Translations under genes and position numbers: made by a program
The notes under the pieces: generated by a model
The model's input: the letters and a program-made list of their open reading frames with translations, nothing else
Database searches by the model: none
Told to the model about the DNA's origin: nothing
In this document: positions 48,109 to 59,223 of the stretch, piece by piece
How positions within the stretch are numbered: the stretch's first letter is position 1
How the letters are laid out: the number at the start of each line of letters is the position of its first letter
NCBI GenBank assembly: GCA_963782775.1
Contig: CAWALE010000008.1
Coordinates: 172,619 to 236,618 of the forward strand
From: an uncultured Acidobacteriaceae bacterium
GTDB taxonomy: Bacteria; Acidobacteriota; Terriglobia; Terriglobales; Acidobacteriaceae
DNA: 64,000 bases
Reading direction: 5' to 3'

Positions 48109-49856
48109 GATGCCAACCTCCCCGATACCAGCTCTTCTTCCGCCGGGGAAGGGAAAGAGATGCGGCTCTCCAAAGGCTTTCTTTCCGGAATCAATAGCAC
48201 CAGCAGCGCAAGGATACTGCTACCAATCGGTAAAAGACCCCACATCATTCCCTGCCAGTGCGGAGGAATCTGGGGAGCATTCAACGGAGTAGCCGGCGGC
48301 ACGCCGTCCTTGCTCCAAACGGTAATTGTGCTGCTCTCCACGCTGTCCACCGGCCGCCAACCGGCAAACGACAACAAGGGATCGTAGTAATGATCGCGAA
48401 CGAACACCCATTTCAACCCGTAGTGGTCTGCATGTTCCAGCATGGCGCGTAACGCATCAATGCCGCTCTTGCCAAAGTATTTCGAACTTGTGAGTGCGCC
48501 GGCGCCATTCTTGGTAAGTTCAGGTAACATACGGCCTGAATTCCATTCGCCATCGACGCTGCCGGCATCGGTCATCATTGCAAGTCGCGCAATCTTGTTA
48601 CCGAAACCGAGTGTCACGTAACGATACTGATCGTGGCCGTCACGATTCAGCCACGCTGCCACCGAATCGACTTTGAAATCCTCGGCGTCAGCAGGACGAT
48701 ACGTAGCCCATCCCACGGCCAATGCACAAGAGAATGCAGCCAGAATACTGAGACCTACAATCGCCGGCGTTTTGAATCGGTCAACAAGTTCGGCGGCGAG
48801 CAGTCCCACAAAGGGCAATGCGAGCAAGGTCGCCCAGTAGCTGAAACGTTCCATGGTGAGCACATCAAACGCGCGCCCCAGCACGATGTGGCCCACCGGA
48901 GTCGTCCCCCCAAGTCCCACTAGAAAAGCAAGCCAGAACCCAAACATCAGGGGACGGAGCCTTGTCACCGCGGATCCGCGAAGGAAGATGAACGGAAGCA
49001 CCAGCATAAGGGCGCCATACGGCACGACGAAATAGTTAACTCCCCACTGCGGACTCAGAATGTAATTCGCGCGGCTGGGATGAGGAATGGGAGCTTGCGT
49101 CACGGGATAGTGAATCAACGCAATCCAGAATGGGAGTAACACAGCTCCGATCAAGGCTCCAACCAGGATGGTTATGCTGAGCGTCCGAATGACAACGGCC
49201 GCCGTCGAAGACTGTTGCCCTTCGTCACGGTCCATCAGCGCAAGCGCGACGACTGGCAGGGCGAAAAAGAACGAGCCGAAGAGCAAAGTCGCGTGGTGTG
49301 CGGCAGCGGCGGCTGTAAAAAGTACCGTCGCTTTGATAAATGCCCGCCATCTCCCGAATCGGATCCATTCGAACAGGAACGGCAGAGCATTCAGGTAAAT
49401 CGGCGCTGCAGCGGTCGTGCCCAATTGCCCGGCGGAATATACAAGGAAGCTTTCAGAACCAAGAAATACGCTGGCGAGAGCGGCAAACGAAGCCGCCCTT
49501 GGCGTGATCCACAGCAAAGAAAATCGATAAACTCCGACAGCGAGCAACAGGATGGCTACGAACTGCACCGCCATGTAAGCGTAGTCAAGCCCCAGAACAT
49601 GCGATGCGACTGCGACCCACTGCTGAGGCAAGGGCGGATAGGTGGCCTGCGAAAACCCTGCGTACCACTTTGTATTCCACGGATCAAACCAGTGAGAAAC
49701 ATAATGCGAGGCGAACAAAATATGGAAATTCGTGTCGTACGACTTCAGCGGCAATTTCATCAACAGCAGCGGCAGATGAACCATCATCACCGCTAGCAGG
49801 ATGAGCGTAAGCGGAATCGGCCGTCTGTATTGTGAGATAGCTTCAGACTTCTGCAC
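48105..49856 (-). CDS. GT-C superfamily integral membrane glycosyltransferase
   Basis: First loop 'SYDTNFHIL...WNTKWYAGF...YPPL', about 11 TM helices, 'ERF' motif and a soluble C-terminal domain. Confidence 0.72.
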   Translation of the reverse strand: MQKSEAISQYRRPIPLTLILLAVMMVHLPLLLMKLPLKSYDTNFHILFASHYVSHWFDPWNTKWYAGFSQATYPPLPQQWVAVASHVLGLDYAYMAVQFVAILLLAVGVYRFSLLWITPRAASFAALASVFLGSESFLVYSAGQLGTTAAAPIYLNALPFLFEWIRFGRWRAFIKATVLFTAAAAAHHATLLFGSFFFALPVVALALMDRDEGQQSSTAAVVIRTLSITILVGALIGAVLLPFWIALIHYPVTQAPIPHPSRANYILSPQWGVNYFVVPYGALMLVLPFIFLRGSAVTRLRPLMFGFWLAFLVGLGGTTPVGHIVLGRAFDVLTMERFSYWATLLALPFVGLLAAELVDRFKTPAIVGLSILAAFSCALAVGWATYRPADAEDFKVDSVAAWLNRDGHDQYRYVTLGFGNKIARLAMMTDAGSVDGEWNSGRMLPELTKNGAGALTSSKYFGKSGIDALRAMLEHADHYGLKWVFVRDHYYDPLLSFAGWRPVDSVESSTITVWSKDGVPPATPLNAPQIPPHWQGMMWGLLPIGSSILALLVLLIPERKPLESRISFPSPAEEELVSGRLAS

Positions 49857-50033
49857 AGGTACCTCTCAGGATTTGTCAGTTCGGAAACACCTGGCTGCGG
49901 TTTGCCCTCAAATGAACTACATGAACAAGATTTGGGTAACAAGATTCGGGTATCGTTCAATGGGCTTTGATTCACAAACACTAATCACTGGTTGCATTTG
50001 CTCACGAAAATCAACACACCTTTACAACACATT

Positions 50034-50050
50034 CTGGCAAGCTGTGTGCT
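50034..50050 (+). promoter_or_regulatory. Candidate sigma-54 (-24/-12) promoter
   Basis: CTGGCAAGCTGTGTGCT, i.e. GG-N10-GC, about 110 bp upstream of the TPR gene. Confidence 0.5.
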
Positions 50051-50157
50051 AAACGCCGCGATCAGCCAACGTTGTGAACAATTCCTGAATCAAATGGATA
50101 ACCGTGAGTTCGCGGCTGTGTGAACTCTTGCAGTTAACGAGCGGACTAGGTGAACCC

Positions 50158-53100
50158 TTGAAAGACATATATAGGTGTGTAAATATTGCTTGCCTCGCGG
50201 CAATCATCTCAGGGGCTTGCACGACGCCTGCGCAGACATATCAAGTTGGTCCCGAAACATCCAAGCCGACAGCACCTCAGCAAAGTAACGGTCAAAGTAA
50301 TGGGCAATCTACCCTCGGCTGGGGATCAAACATCGAAAATGCCCGAATAGGGCGCGCCGCCCAGCAAGCGCTAGAAAGGGGTGATCGCGTACACGCGTTA
50401 GAGTATGCCCAGCGCGCGGCGCAATCAGCTCCAAATGATCCGCAGTTGTGGTTTCTGCTCGGCTACGCCGCGCGTCTCAACGCGAAGTATCAACTGTCGG
50501 AGGATGCGTATTCTCGCGGCTTGAAGCTTAGCCCCTCTTCGCTTGAAGGGCTCTCGGGACTCGCGCAGACGTACAGCGCAATGGGACGCAATGATGACGC
50601 AGTCCGACTGCTGAAGCAAGTGCTGGCCTCCGATCCCCGACGCGCCAATGATGCGTTGGTGCTCGGTGATCTGTACATGCGGGCCGGCGATTACACCTCC
50701 GCACTCGATGCGCTGAGCCGCGCAGAGCGCGCCCACCCCGATGCACGGTCAGAGCTTTTGATGGCCATCTGTTACGAACATCAAAAGAAGATGGATCTGG
50801 CAAACAAATATCTTGACGCCGCCAGAAAGCGAGCACCGGACAATCCCGAGGTTCAACGATCGCTAGCCGGATTCTTCAGGGCGGTAGGCAAATATCCTGA
50901 AGCGATTGCTGCTCTGAAATCGATTCGCAATCCGAAACCAGATGTCACGGCGGAACTTGCTTACACCTATCAACTCGACGGCAAGCCCGACGAATCAGCA
51001 CGCTTGTATGGCAAAGCAGCAGACGAATTGCCGAAGGATATGAGCTTGCAGTTGTCGGCTGCACAGGCCCAGGTTGCTGCTGGAGAGATCGAGCGCGCTC
51101 AACCATTCCTGCAGCGCGCTGAAGGAATCGATTCCAACTATTACCGCCTGCACGCAATCCGCGGCGAGATTGCTCGCACGCAAGATCAGGATGCGGAGGC
51201 TGTGCAAGAGTACAACGCTGCAATTGCGAGCCTGCCTGCCGAAGCTGCAGAGGGACCCCTCATGGAATTCAGCTTCATATGGATCTCGCTGAACTTTATC
51301 GAGCTCAACGGGATGACTCAGCGGCGAAACACCAGGTGGAGATCGCCCAGGCGCAGATCAGCAAGATCAATGAACAGGGTTCCAGCCGCGCTCCGTTCTT
51401 ACGTCTGCGCGCGCAAATCAAATTGGCATCCGGTGATTTCGACGGTGCACTTGCAGACGTGCAAGAAGCGCTCGTGATCGCAGCCCACGATCCAAACGGC
51501 CTCCAGCTGAGCGGCGATGTGCTGATGAAGCTCGGGCGCCCTGAAGAGGCGATCGCCACATACAAAAAAATTCTTGCGATTGACTCTAAGAACCGTTTCG
51601 CACTCATATCCCTTGGGTACGCCTCGCGAGCAGCAGGACATGATGGAGATGCTGAAAAATATTTCCAGCGTCTCGCGCAAGTCGATCCGAATCTCTACGT
51701 TCCGTACCTGGCACTCGGTGATTTGTATACCTCGCGCCGCCATTTCAAGCCAGCCGAGGCTTCTTACGCCAAGGCGTACGAGTTGGCTCCGAAAAATGCT
51801 CTCGTGATTGCCGGCGGAATGAACGCCGCGATTGAAGCTCATGATCTCCCCTTAGCAGGCAAATGGCTTGATCGGGCTACGCCTGATATGGCACACGAGC
51901 CCCTTTTGCTCCGTGAACAGGAGCGCTATCTGACCTTCAAGGGTGATTACCAGCAATCAGAGCAAATCGGCCGGCAGGCATTGAAAGCGATGCCGCACGA
52001 TCGCGACGTTGTGGTTTATCTCGGCTACGATCTGCTGCACCTTGGAAAGTGGGACGAACTGCAGGCACTCGCACAGCAGTATGAGACCGTTCTTTCAAAA
52101 GAGCCGGATATTCCGCTTCTGTTGGGGTACGTCCACAAGCACCAGAATCAGTCCGAAAAGGCGGAACGGGACTTTACCGAGACGATTAACCGCGATCCCG
52201 ACGTCGTCACGGCTTATGTAAATCGCGGCTACATGCTCAACGATCTGCACAGGCCCGCCGCAGCCGCGTCAGACTTTGAAGCGGCGTTGAAGAGAGACCC
52301 GAAGGATGGCGAGGCTCATCTCGGGCTCGCTTATGCCAGTCTGGACCTTCATAAACCTTCAGCAGCCATTCGCCATGCCGACCTGGCGGAACAGCTGATG
52401 GGCGATTCCAGGAATGTGCATGTCATTCGCGCAACGGCATTCGGACGCCAAGACATGCTTGCCAAAGCCGCTGCGGAATACAAGGCGGCCTTGAAGTTCA
52501 CGCCCGACGACCCGGCACTTCACCTTGGACTCGCGAACACTCTGTTCTCTGCCCGACGCTACCATGAAGCGATCACAGAGCTACAAACAGCAGAACGCCA
52601 TTCGCCTGAAGACCCCGGTATTTCCGCAATGCTTGCGCGTTCCTATGCCAACCTAGGAGAACGTGATCAGACTTTCCACTATGTCCAGCTCGCAGAAGCG
52701 CAGGCTCAGGCTGCCCCTCCGCCGCAAGGCCCTTTCGATGAATCCGTACAGAGCGCGACCTTTGTTTCGACCGGTGTGGCTCTGGGAACGCTCGGCGAGC
52801 AGAATGCGGCAATGGAACGCTTCCGGAAGGCTCTGGAGATTCCCCAGAGCAACCGCGTCACAGTTCGTCTGGCGATCGCGCAGACCATGGCACAGCAAGG
52901 TCGCGACGAAGATGCGCAGAGAGAAATTGCACTCGCATTGATGGAAGCCACCGCAGGCAGCTCGTTGCCACCAAGCAGCGGCCAGTATGTCGAGGCCGCG
53001 GATATCTTCCGCTCGATACATGATTATCGTTTGTCGCAGACTTACATTCAGCGTGCAAAAGCGGCGGGTGCTCCCGATATCAAAGTGCGCATCGGCATGG

Positions 53101-54386
53101 CAAACAACTATTTGGCCCTGGGAGAGACAGCAAAGGCAAATGCCGAACTTGCTGCGATCAAAGTCGAAGCGGACAGCGCCCCGGACTATCAGTATCTTCT
53201 GGCGCAGGCAAACGTCTATCGCCAGCAGCATCACAATGTGCAGGCTTTGACGGCGTTTGCACAAGCCGCTGATGCCGAGGGTGAAGATCAGGCTGCGGCG
53301 AACAGCCTGCTCCAGGCCGGTGCCAACGAAGGCCTGCGTATCACTCCCAAAGTAAGCGTGCTTTCCGAGTTCCTAATGAATCCTCTCTTTGAGGACACAA
53401 CGGTTTATGTTCTGGATGCAAAGTTGGACGCTCCGTTTCCGGTTCCACCGTCGGATACTTCCCAGCTTCCTCCGCCACGCTCTTCGCTCCAGACTCAATT
53501 CACGACCGCCTTCCATCTTCACGTCGGGAAACTCCCCGAGCCGGGTGGTTTCTTTCAAGTCCGTAACCAGCGCGGTGAGATCTCCGTTCCGGCGACGAAC
53601 TCGATCCAAAATCGCAATACGACCGATTACACTCTGAATTTTTCGCTCAACCCGACTGTGAATCTCGGAGCAAACGTCGTGGGCTTCAGTGGCGGCATCC
53701 AGACGACCATTCGCCGTGATTCCATCGTCCCGACCCAGATGGATCAGAATCTCTTTCGAATGTTTATCTACATGAACACCAGTTCCTTCTTCAACGCGAT
53801 CTCTGCCACCGGGTTCCTCATCCGCGAGAGCGGCCCATTCACAGAGACCAATCAACATTCCCGTAGCTTGACCGGTGCGCTGGCTTTTCGCGTGGGAGCC
53901 CCTTGGGGGAAAACAGCCCTCATCACCGGCTGGGGAGCCAGCGACCAGCTCTTCACTCCAGAAAACACCGAAGACTACTACACGTCGTCATACATTGGTC
54001 TCGAGCACAGGTTTTCCGAGCGACTTCAGTTACGGGGAATGGTTGAATACCTTCGCGCGTGGCGCGTGGTGGGAGGAGCCGCTGGAACCGCGCAAAACCT
54101 CCGCCCTGCGGTTTCAGTCGATTACTCTCCATGGCGGAACTGGAATTTCCAGGCCTCAAGTGCATTCTCAGACACACGGAATTACCACGTTTACGACGCA
54201 ACCCAAAACGGATTCTCAGTCTCATACGCGAGGCCGTTCCGACGTAAGTTTCATGACGACTCCGGGTCGGTTGTTTTGCAATACCCCATTCGCTTCTCCG
54301 CAGGTCTCCAGTCAGAGACGTTCTTCAATTTCAGCGGAGCCCAGAATCAGCAGTTGAGGCCTTATTTCCAGATAAGCATCTTTTAG
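50158..54386 (+). CDS. Large TPR-repeat protein with a probable C-terminal outer-membrane beta-barrel (PelB/BcsC-like architecture), one apparent indel (~51261)
   Basis: ORFs 50104-51477 and 51279-54386 join into ~1400 aa. Signal-like N-terminus, many TPRs, last ~350 aa amphipathic beta-strands, C-terminus 'PYFQISIF'. Confidence 0.8.
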
Positions 54387-54398
54387 GGGCAGTAATAA

Positions 54399-55790
54399 AT
54401 GAAGATTTGCCTGGTAGCGACGTTTCCTCCGAGTGGGCGGCAGCTGAACGAATACGCCTTCCACATCGCGAAGGAACTCAACAGCAATCCTGACGTAGAG
54501 CTAACCATCCTTGGCGATGAGTTGACCAGCTATGACTTTGCAACCGACGAGAACGGCCAACCGCTAAAGGTCGACCCCAAGGCCGAACTGCCTGGGTTCA
54601 ACGTCATTCGCTGCTGGAAATTCGGTTCGTTGTCGACGCCTTGGCGTCTTGTCAATACCATTCGGAAACTGAAGCCCGACGTCGTCTGGTTCAATCTCGT
54701 CTTTTCGAGCTTCGCGACGCCCGAGAATCCGTTTGCGGCATTTGCGGGCTTGTCTGCCCCAGCCTTGGTGCGCGCTGCGGGTTTTTACACGCACATTACA
54801 CTGCATCACATTATCGAACATGTAGACTTTGCAGCCGCTGGCGTGCGCCTCGAGCGTCTTTATCGCGTCGGCACCGATGTAGCTACACGCGCTCTGCTCC
54901 GCGCCAACTCCGTTTCGGTGCTGCTTCCCGGATACCACCGAACGCTTGTGACAAAATATGCCGCGCAGAATGTTCTACTCGGCACCCACGGAACCTTCGC
55001 CTCTGCACCCGCGCCGCCGGATTTTACCAAGCGCGGCAATCCTCACCAGCGCATTCTTGCCATAGGCCACTGGGGGACCTACAAAAGACTCGAAACCCTC
55101 ATGGAGGCGTTCCCGCTGGTGCTCGAAAAAGTGCCGAACGCAAAGCTCGTTGTGGCCGGCGCCAATCATCACACCAGGGCGGGATACTGGGAGTCCATCC
55201 GCGATGCTCAAGACCCTAGCCTGCCAATCGAGTTTCGCGGCTATGTCGCGGAAGATGAAATCCCGGAGCTGTTCCAATCCACGTCGGTCCTGGTTTTGCC
55301 TTACGACTCGGCAACGGGTTCCAGTGGCCCTGCCCATCAGGCGTGTGAATATGGCATACCAATCGTCTGCGCAGATATTGACGATTTCCGTGGTATGGCA
55401 ACTGACGAAGGAATGGCCGTGCGTTTTTACGACGTGGGCAATGCCAATCATCTCGCAGAACAACTCATCCGGATTTTGCGATCCCCCGCACTGCAGCAAC
55501 AAATGGCAGCCCAGAACTTTTCTGCTGGCGTTCAAATGACGATGACGAATGTCATTCAAAACTACCTACGCTGGTTCAGACTCCACCAGGCCAAGAGAGC
55601 GATCTTGAAAGATGGCGGATTCACACCGTCGCGCATCCCGTGGAGCATTCCAACTCATGTGAATGGTCAAACCAACGGATCAATCGCACAGTCGGCGTTC
55701 ATTTCTCAACATCAACGCGAAGCAGTTCCTCATTTGCTTCCAGAGGAAATTGACGACTATCTCATGATCGACGAACACCCGGATTTGTAG
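54399..55790 (+). CDS. Glycosyltransferase family 4 (GT-B)
   Basis: 'ICLVATFPP', 'YKRLETLMEAF', 'VLVLPY...SSGPAHQA..YGIPIV'. Confidence 0.9.
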   Translation: MKICLVATFPPSGRQLNEYAFHIAKELNSNPDVELTILGDELTSYDFATDENGQPLKVDPKAELPGFNVIRCWKFGSLSTPWRLVNTIRKLKPDVVWFNLVFSSFATPENPFAAFAGLSAPALVRAAGFYTHITLHHIIEHVDFAAAGVRLERLYRVGTDVATRALLRANSVSVLLPGYHRTLVTKYAAQNVLLGTHGTFASAPAPPDFTKRGNPHQRILAIGHWGTYKRLETLMEAFPLVLEKVPNAKLVVAGANHHTRAGYWESIRDAQDPSLPIEFRGYVAEDEIPELFQSTSVLVLPYDSATGSSGPAHQACEYGIPIVCADIDDFRGMATDEGMAVRFYDVGNANHLAEQLIRILRSPALQQQMAAQNFSAGVQMTMTNVIQNYLRWFRLHQAKRAILKDGGFTPSRIPWSIPTHVNGQTNGSIAQSAFISQHQREAVPHLLPEEIDDYLMIDEHPDL

Positions 55791-55930
55791 GATGCGCCAG
55801 CGACGTAGATTCGTCTAAAACGTTGCGGAGAGGCTAATTGGCAACAAACGATCAGAGACCCCAGGCGTATTAACCGGGATGGGTTCCTGTCCCTGAATGA
55901 AGAAGGAGAGCACCCTTGTCAACGGAGCGC

Positions 55931-58132
55931 ATGCGCAGCCAGATTTCTCGTCTACTTCTCGGCTCTTCATTCACAGCTCTCTGCTTTCTTCTTTCAGCAT
56001 GCGAGTTATTCGTAGGCAGCAACGTTCTCAAGGCTCCGACGATCACCCTGACGGCGGATCCCACTTCAATAGCCTTGGGTCAAACAGCCACACTCACCGT
56101 GGTTGCAACCCAGGCAACGCAAGTGACAATCACTGGCAGCGACGGATTGACGTATAACCTTGGCACGACGGGCGGAACTCAATTAGTCAAGCCAGCGGCG
56201 ACCACGACCTATACTGCGACTGCGACAAACAGCAAAGGCAGCGCCGCCGCAACCGCAATCGTCACGGTTTCGATCGTCCAGGCGACGGTGAACATCACAG
56301 CTACTCCTTCCACGATAACCAGCGGTTCCTCTTCGATGCTCACTGTGACCGCGACAAATGCTACCCAGCTTACAGTCACAGGGACAGATGGCAGTTCCTA
56401 TACACTGCAGCCGACGGGAGGAACGCAGTCCGTCAGTCCAACCGCGACCACAACATACACCGCGACGGCGACTAACGCCGGGGGTAGTGAAACGGCGACC
56501 GCAACGGTCACCGTTGAACCGCCTGCTACGCTTCAATCGATCAAGCATGTCATCTTCATGCTCCAGGAGAATCACTCCTTTGACAATTACTTCGGTATGC
56601 TCAATCCGTATCGCAAAGCGAATAATTGGAACATCGGAGATGATGGCATCGACTACGAAGTCGACGGCATTGACGACAAGCTCGGCTCAATCAGCAACGT
56701 CAACGACGAAGGCACCTCATTCCCACTTTTCAAATTCACCAGCACGTGCGTTGACGATGAAAGCTCCGATTGGCTCGCGAGTTACGGCGATGTCAACCGA
56801 TTTGATTTTCTGCCTTCTCGCCAAATTCTGATGGATGGCTTTGTTCATAACGCTGAGGGATACGCAAAGAGCTGCGCGGCATCTGGTGCAACATGCTCCG
56901 GCGACTTTACCGATCTCGCCGGCCAGCGCGCCATGGGCTATTACGATCAGGATTTTCTTAACTACTACTACTACATGGCTTCGCAGTTTGCGATCTCCGA
57001 TCGCTGGTTCTCTCCCGTGTCAAGCAAGAGCATCACCAATCGGATTGCAACCTTCACAGGCGGCACAACACAAGGCCTGGTCAAGGATCCTGGTGGTAAC
57101 GATCATCTTCCGCAACTGGATATACCAAACATTTTCCAGGAGCTTCAACAGGCTAATGTTTCCTGGAAGATCTACTACACAGTCACCCAGGGACTTTGTT
57201 TGGCTGGTAACGACGACTGTGATACTTCGGCATCTGCTGAATTCCCCGCCACCGATTTTGCCACGCTCAGCTATTCAACTCAATTCGTCTATGAAAACCC
57301 AACCGGCGCAGCGTGCACACCTCCAACCCAGCCTTCCAGCGTAGTTGGTGATTCCACCAATTCGTTCTGCATCGATACAAATCACATTGCGCCTCTCTCC
57401 ACTTACTTCACTGATCTCACGAACGGAACGCTGCCGAGCTTCGCGTTCATCGAGGCGGGTTATGGTAACAACGATGAGCATCCCGGTTCAGGCCAATCCA
57501 TTCTGGCGGGGCAGGCTCAAGTGGCGAATATCATCAACTCATTCATGTCGAGCCCTTCGTGGTCTGACTCCGTCTTCTTCCTCGGCTACGACGAAGGCGG
57601 CGGCCCCTACGATCACGTACCGCCGGTTCCAGGACACTCCAACGATTTCACCGACACGAATATCGGGTCAATCGCCGACATCTCGCAGATTGCAGTCAAT
57701 CCGGATGGATTCAACCCGTGCTTGCCGGCCGGCGGCATCCCCACAATTCATTGCGATCTTTCCGCCATCGATCCCGGCGCCAACCCCGCAGATGCCGCGG
57801 CAGTTCAAGGTTTCGCAGCGCAGCTGGGTTTCCGGTCGCCGAACATCGTCATATCGCCATTCACGCGGCGGCACTACGTCTCACACGCGCCCATGGATCA
57901 CACCGCGGTGATCAAGTTTGTCGAGAATCGCTTCATCGGGAACTCAGCTCATTTAACCGCCCGCGATGCTGCGCAGCCAAATCTGCTGGACTTCTTCGAC
58001 TTCACCAAGGTTCCGTGGCAGACACCCCCGACACCGCCTGCGCCAGCTTCTGCCGGCGGGTTCGCCACCGACCCATGCAATCCGACGAGCTTTGCGCCGC
58101 CAACTGCCCCGGTAGGGCAAAGCTCGCGGTGA
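55931..58132 (+). CDS. Phosphoesterase (PlcH/AcpA phospholipase C/acid phosphatase family) lipoprotein with two N-terminal Ig-like repeats
   Basis: Lipobox LSAC; 'HVIFMLQENHSFDNYFG', 'DEHP', 'YDEGGG.YDHVPP', 'GFRSP.IVISP', 'DHTAVIKF'. Confidence 0.88.
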   Translation: MRSQISRLLLGSSFTALCFLLSACELFVGSNVLKAPTITLTADPTSIALGQTATLTVVATQATQVTITGSDGLTYNLGTTGGTQLVKPAATTTYTATATNSKGSAAATAIVTVSIVQATVNITATPSTITSGSSSMLTVTATNATQLTVTGTDGSSYTLQPTGGTQSVSPTATTTYTATATNAGGSETATATVTVEPPATLQSIKHVIFMLQENHSFDNYFGMLNPYRKANNWNIGDDGIDYEVDGIDDKLGSISNVNDEGTSFPLFKFTSTCVDDESSDWLASYGDVNRFDFLPSRQILMDGFVHNAEGYAKSCAASGATCSGDFTDLAGQRAMGYYDQDFLNYYYYMASQFAISDRWFSPVSSKSITNRIATFTGGTTQGLVKDPGGNDHLPQLDIPNIFQELQQANVSWKIYYTVTQGLCLAGNDDCDTSASAEFPATDFATLSYSTQFVYENPTGAACTPPTQPSSVVGDSTNSFCIDTNHIAPLSTYFTDLTNGTLPSFAFIEAGYGNNDEHPGSGQSILAGQAQVANIINSFMSSPSWSDSVFFLGYDEGGGPYDHVPPVPGHSNDFTDTNIGSIADISQIAVNPDGFNPCLPAGGIPTIHCDLSAIDPGANPADAAAVQGFAAQLGFRSPNIVISPFTRRHYVSHAPMDHTAVIKFVENRFIGNSAHLTARDAAQPNLLDFFDFTKVPWQTPPTPPAPASAGGFATDPCNPTSFAPPTAPVGQSSR

Positions 58133-58163
58133 ATCACGTGCAATTCCCAACTTCAGGTGGGTG

Positions 58164-59036
58164 CTAGTAGGCCGACACCTCGTGCGCCAAGTAGTGGGTT
58201 CCATCGTATTCGGTAACCACCCGCACGCGCTGTCCCGGATGGACATTTGGGAAAGTAGCCATGGTGCCGGAATTGAACTGAATCTGATAGCTCTGATTGT
58301 CTTTGGGATCGAGAACGACCATGGTACCGGCATGCATATCGAGCGCGATCAGATTCCCGCTGAATACGAACTGGGATCCCGGTGTTGCCAGAACTGTAAC
58401 GTTGGTTGCCGATCCGCGGCCTTTTCCATCGGGTTCGAATTGAATCGACACCAATGAGCCTCTTTGCAGGTCGGAGGGCCCCGACTGCGCAGATGTGAAA
58501 CTTCCCTGCCCCTTGCGCGAGAACTTGGTATCGCTTGAAACCGTTACCCGGATTGGCTCCCCTCCGTGACCACCGACGAGTTGCAGATCTCCCGTCGATG
58601 GGTCGTAACTGAGAACCTCGCCGCGATATTCCCCTTGTTGTGCCTGTGACAGAATATGCACGCTGATAGCGAAGATCGAGGTTCCGTCAAGCGTCGTCTG
58701 GATGGATGCATGGTCACTCGCCCGCAGATCGCGCAGCGGAATCTTCTTGCCATCTACGAAAACCTGCGTTCGCTCATCAAAGAGAATTTTCAAAGGCTTT
58801 TCGCCGATGATCCTCAGTGTGAAACGATCCAGCACCGGATCAACATCACGTATAGCCCCGCCCAGAATCGTGCTCTTTCCAGGCGGCAAAGGCGGTATTG
58901 CAGATAGATTGTGGACGGTGCTCGTGTCAGCCAAATCCGGGTCGACTGCAACCTTCTCCTTCCCCTGCGCGTGGATTGCCATTTGAGCCGAGAGGACAAT
59001 TGTGGCGGCCAGAGCGACTCCAAGAACTCGTTTCAT
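58164..59036 (-). CDS. Exported DUF5666-like OB-fold repeat protein
   Basis: Signal peptide; three beta-rich repeats ending 'DLRASDHASI', 'DLQRGSLVSI' and 'VHPGQRVRV'. Confidence 0.6.
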   Translation of the reverse strand: MKRVLGVALAATIVLSAQMAIHAQGKEKVAVDPDLADTSTVHNLSAIPPLPPGKSTILGGAIRDVDPVLDRFTLRIIGEKPLKILFDERTQVFVDGKKIPLRDLRASDHASIQTTLDGTSIFAISVHILSQAQQGEYRGEVLSYDPSTGDLQLVGGHGGEPIRVTVSSDTKFSRKGQGSFTSAQSGPSDLQRGSLVSIQFEPDGKGRGSATNVTVLATPGSQFVFSGNLIALDMHAGTMVVLDPKDNQSYQIQFNSGTMATFPNVHPGQRVRVVTEYDGTHYLAHEVSAY

Positions 59037-59223
59037 ATTCCACACCTGTAATTTGCGGTTTATCAGACAACCAATTAGATGAGCTTTTTGTGGAATTCGA
59101 TGGTCGCTTCCGGATCGTTTTCCAGACAGGGCAACACGGATGACGATTGAGCATCTAAACAAAAGTGCGAGTATGCCCTGTCGTATCGCGGGCTCGAACT
59201 CAACAGAAGGCTAGGAGAGCGGG

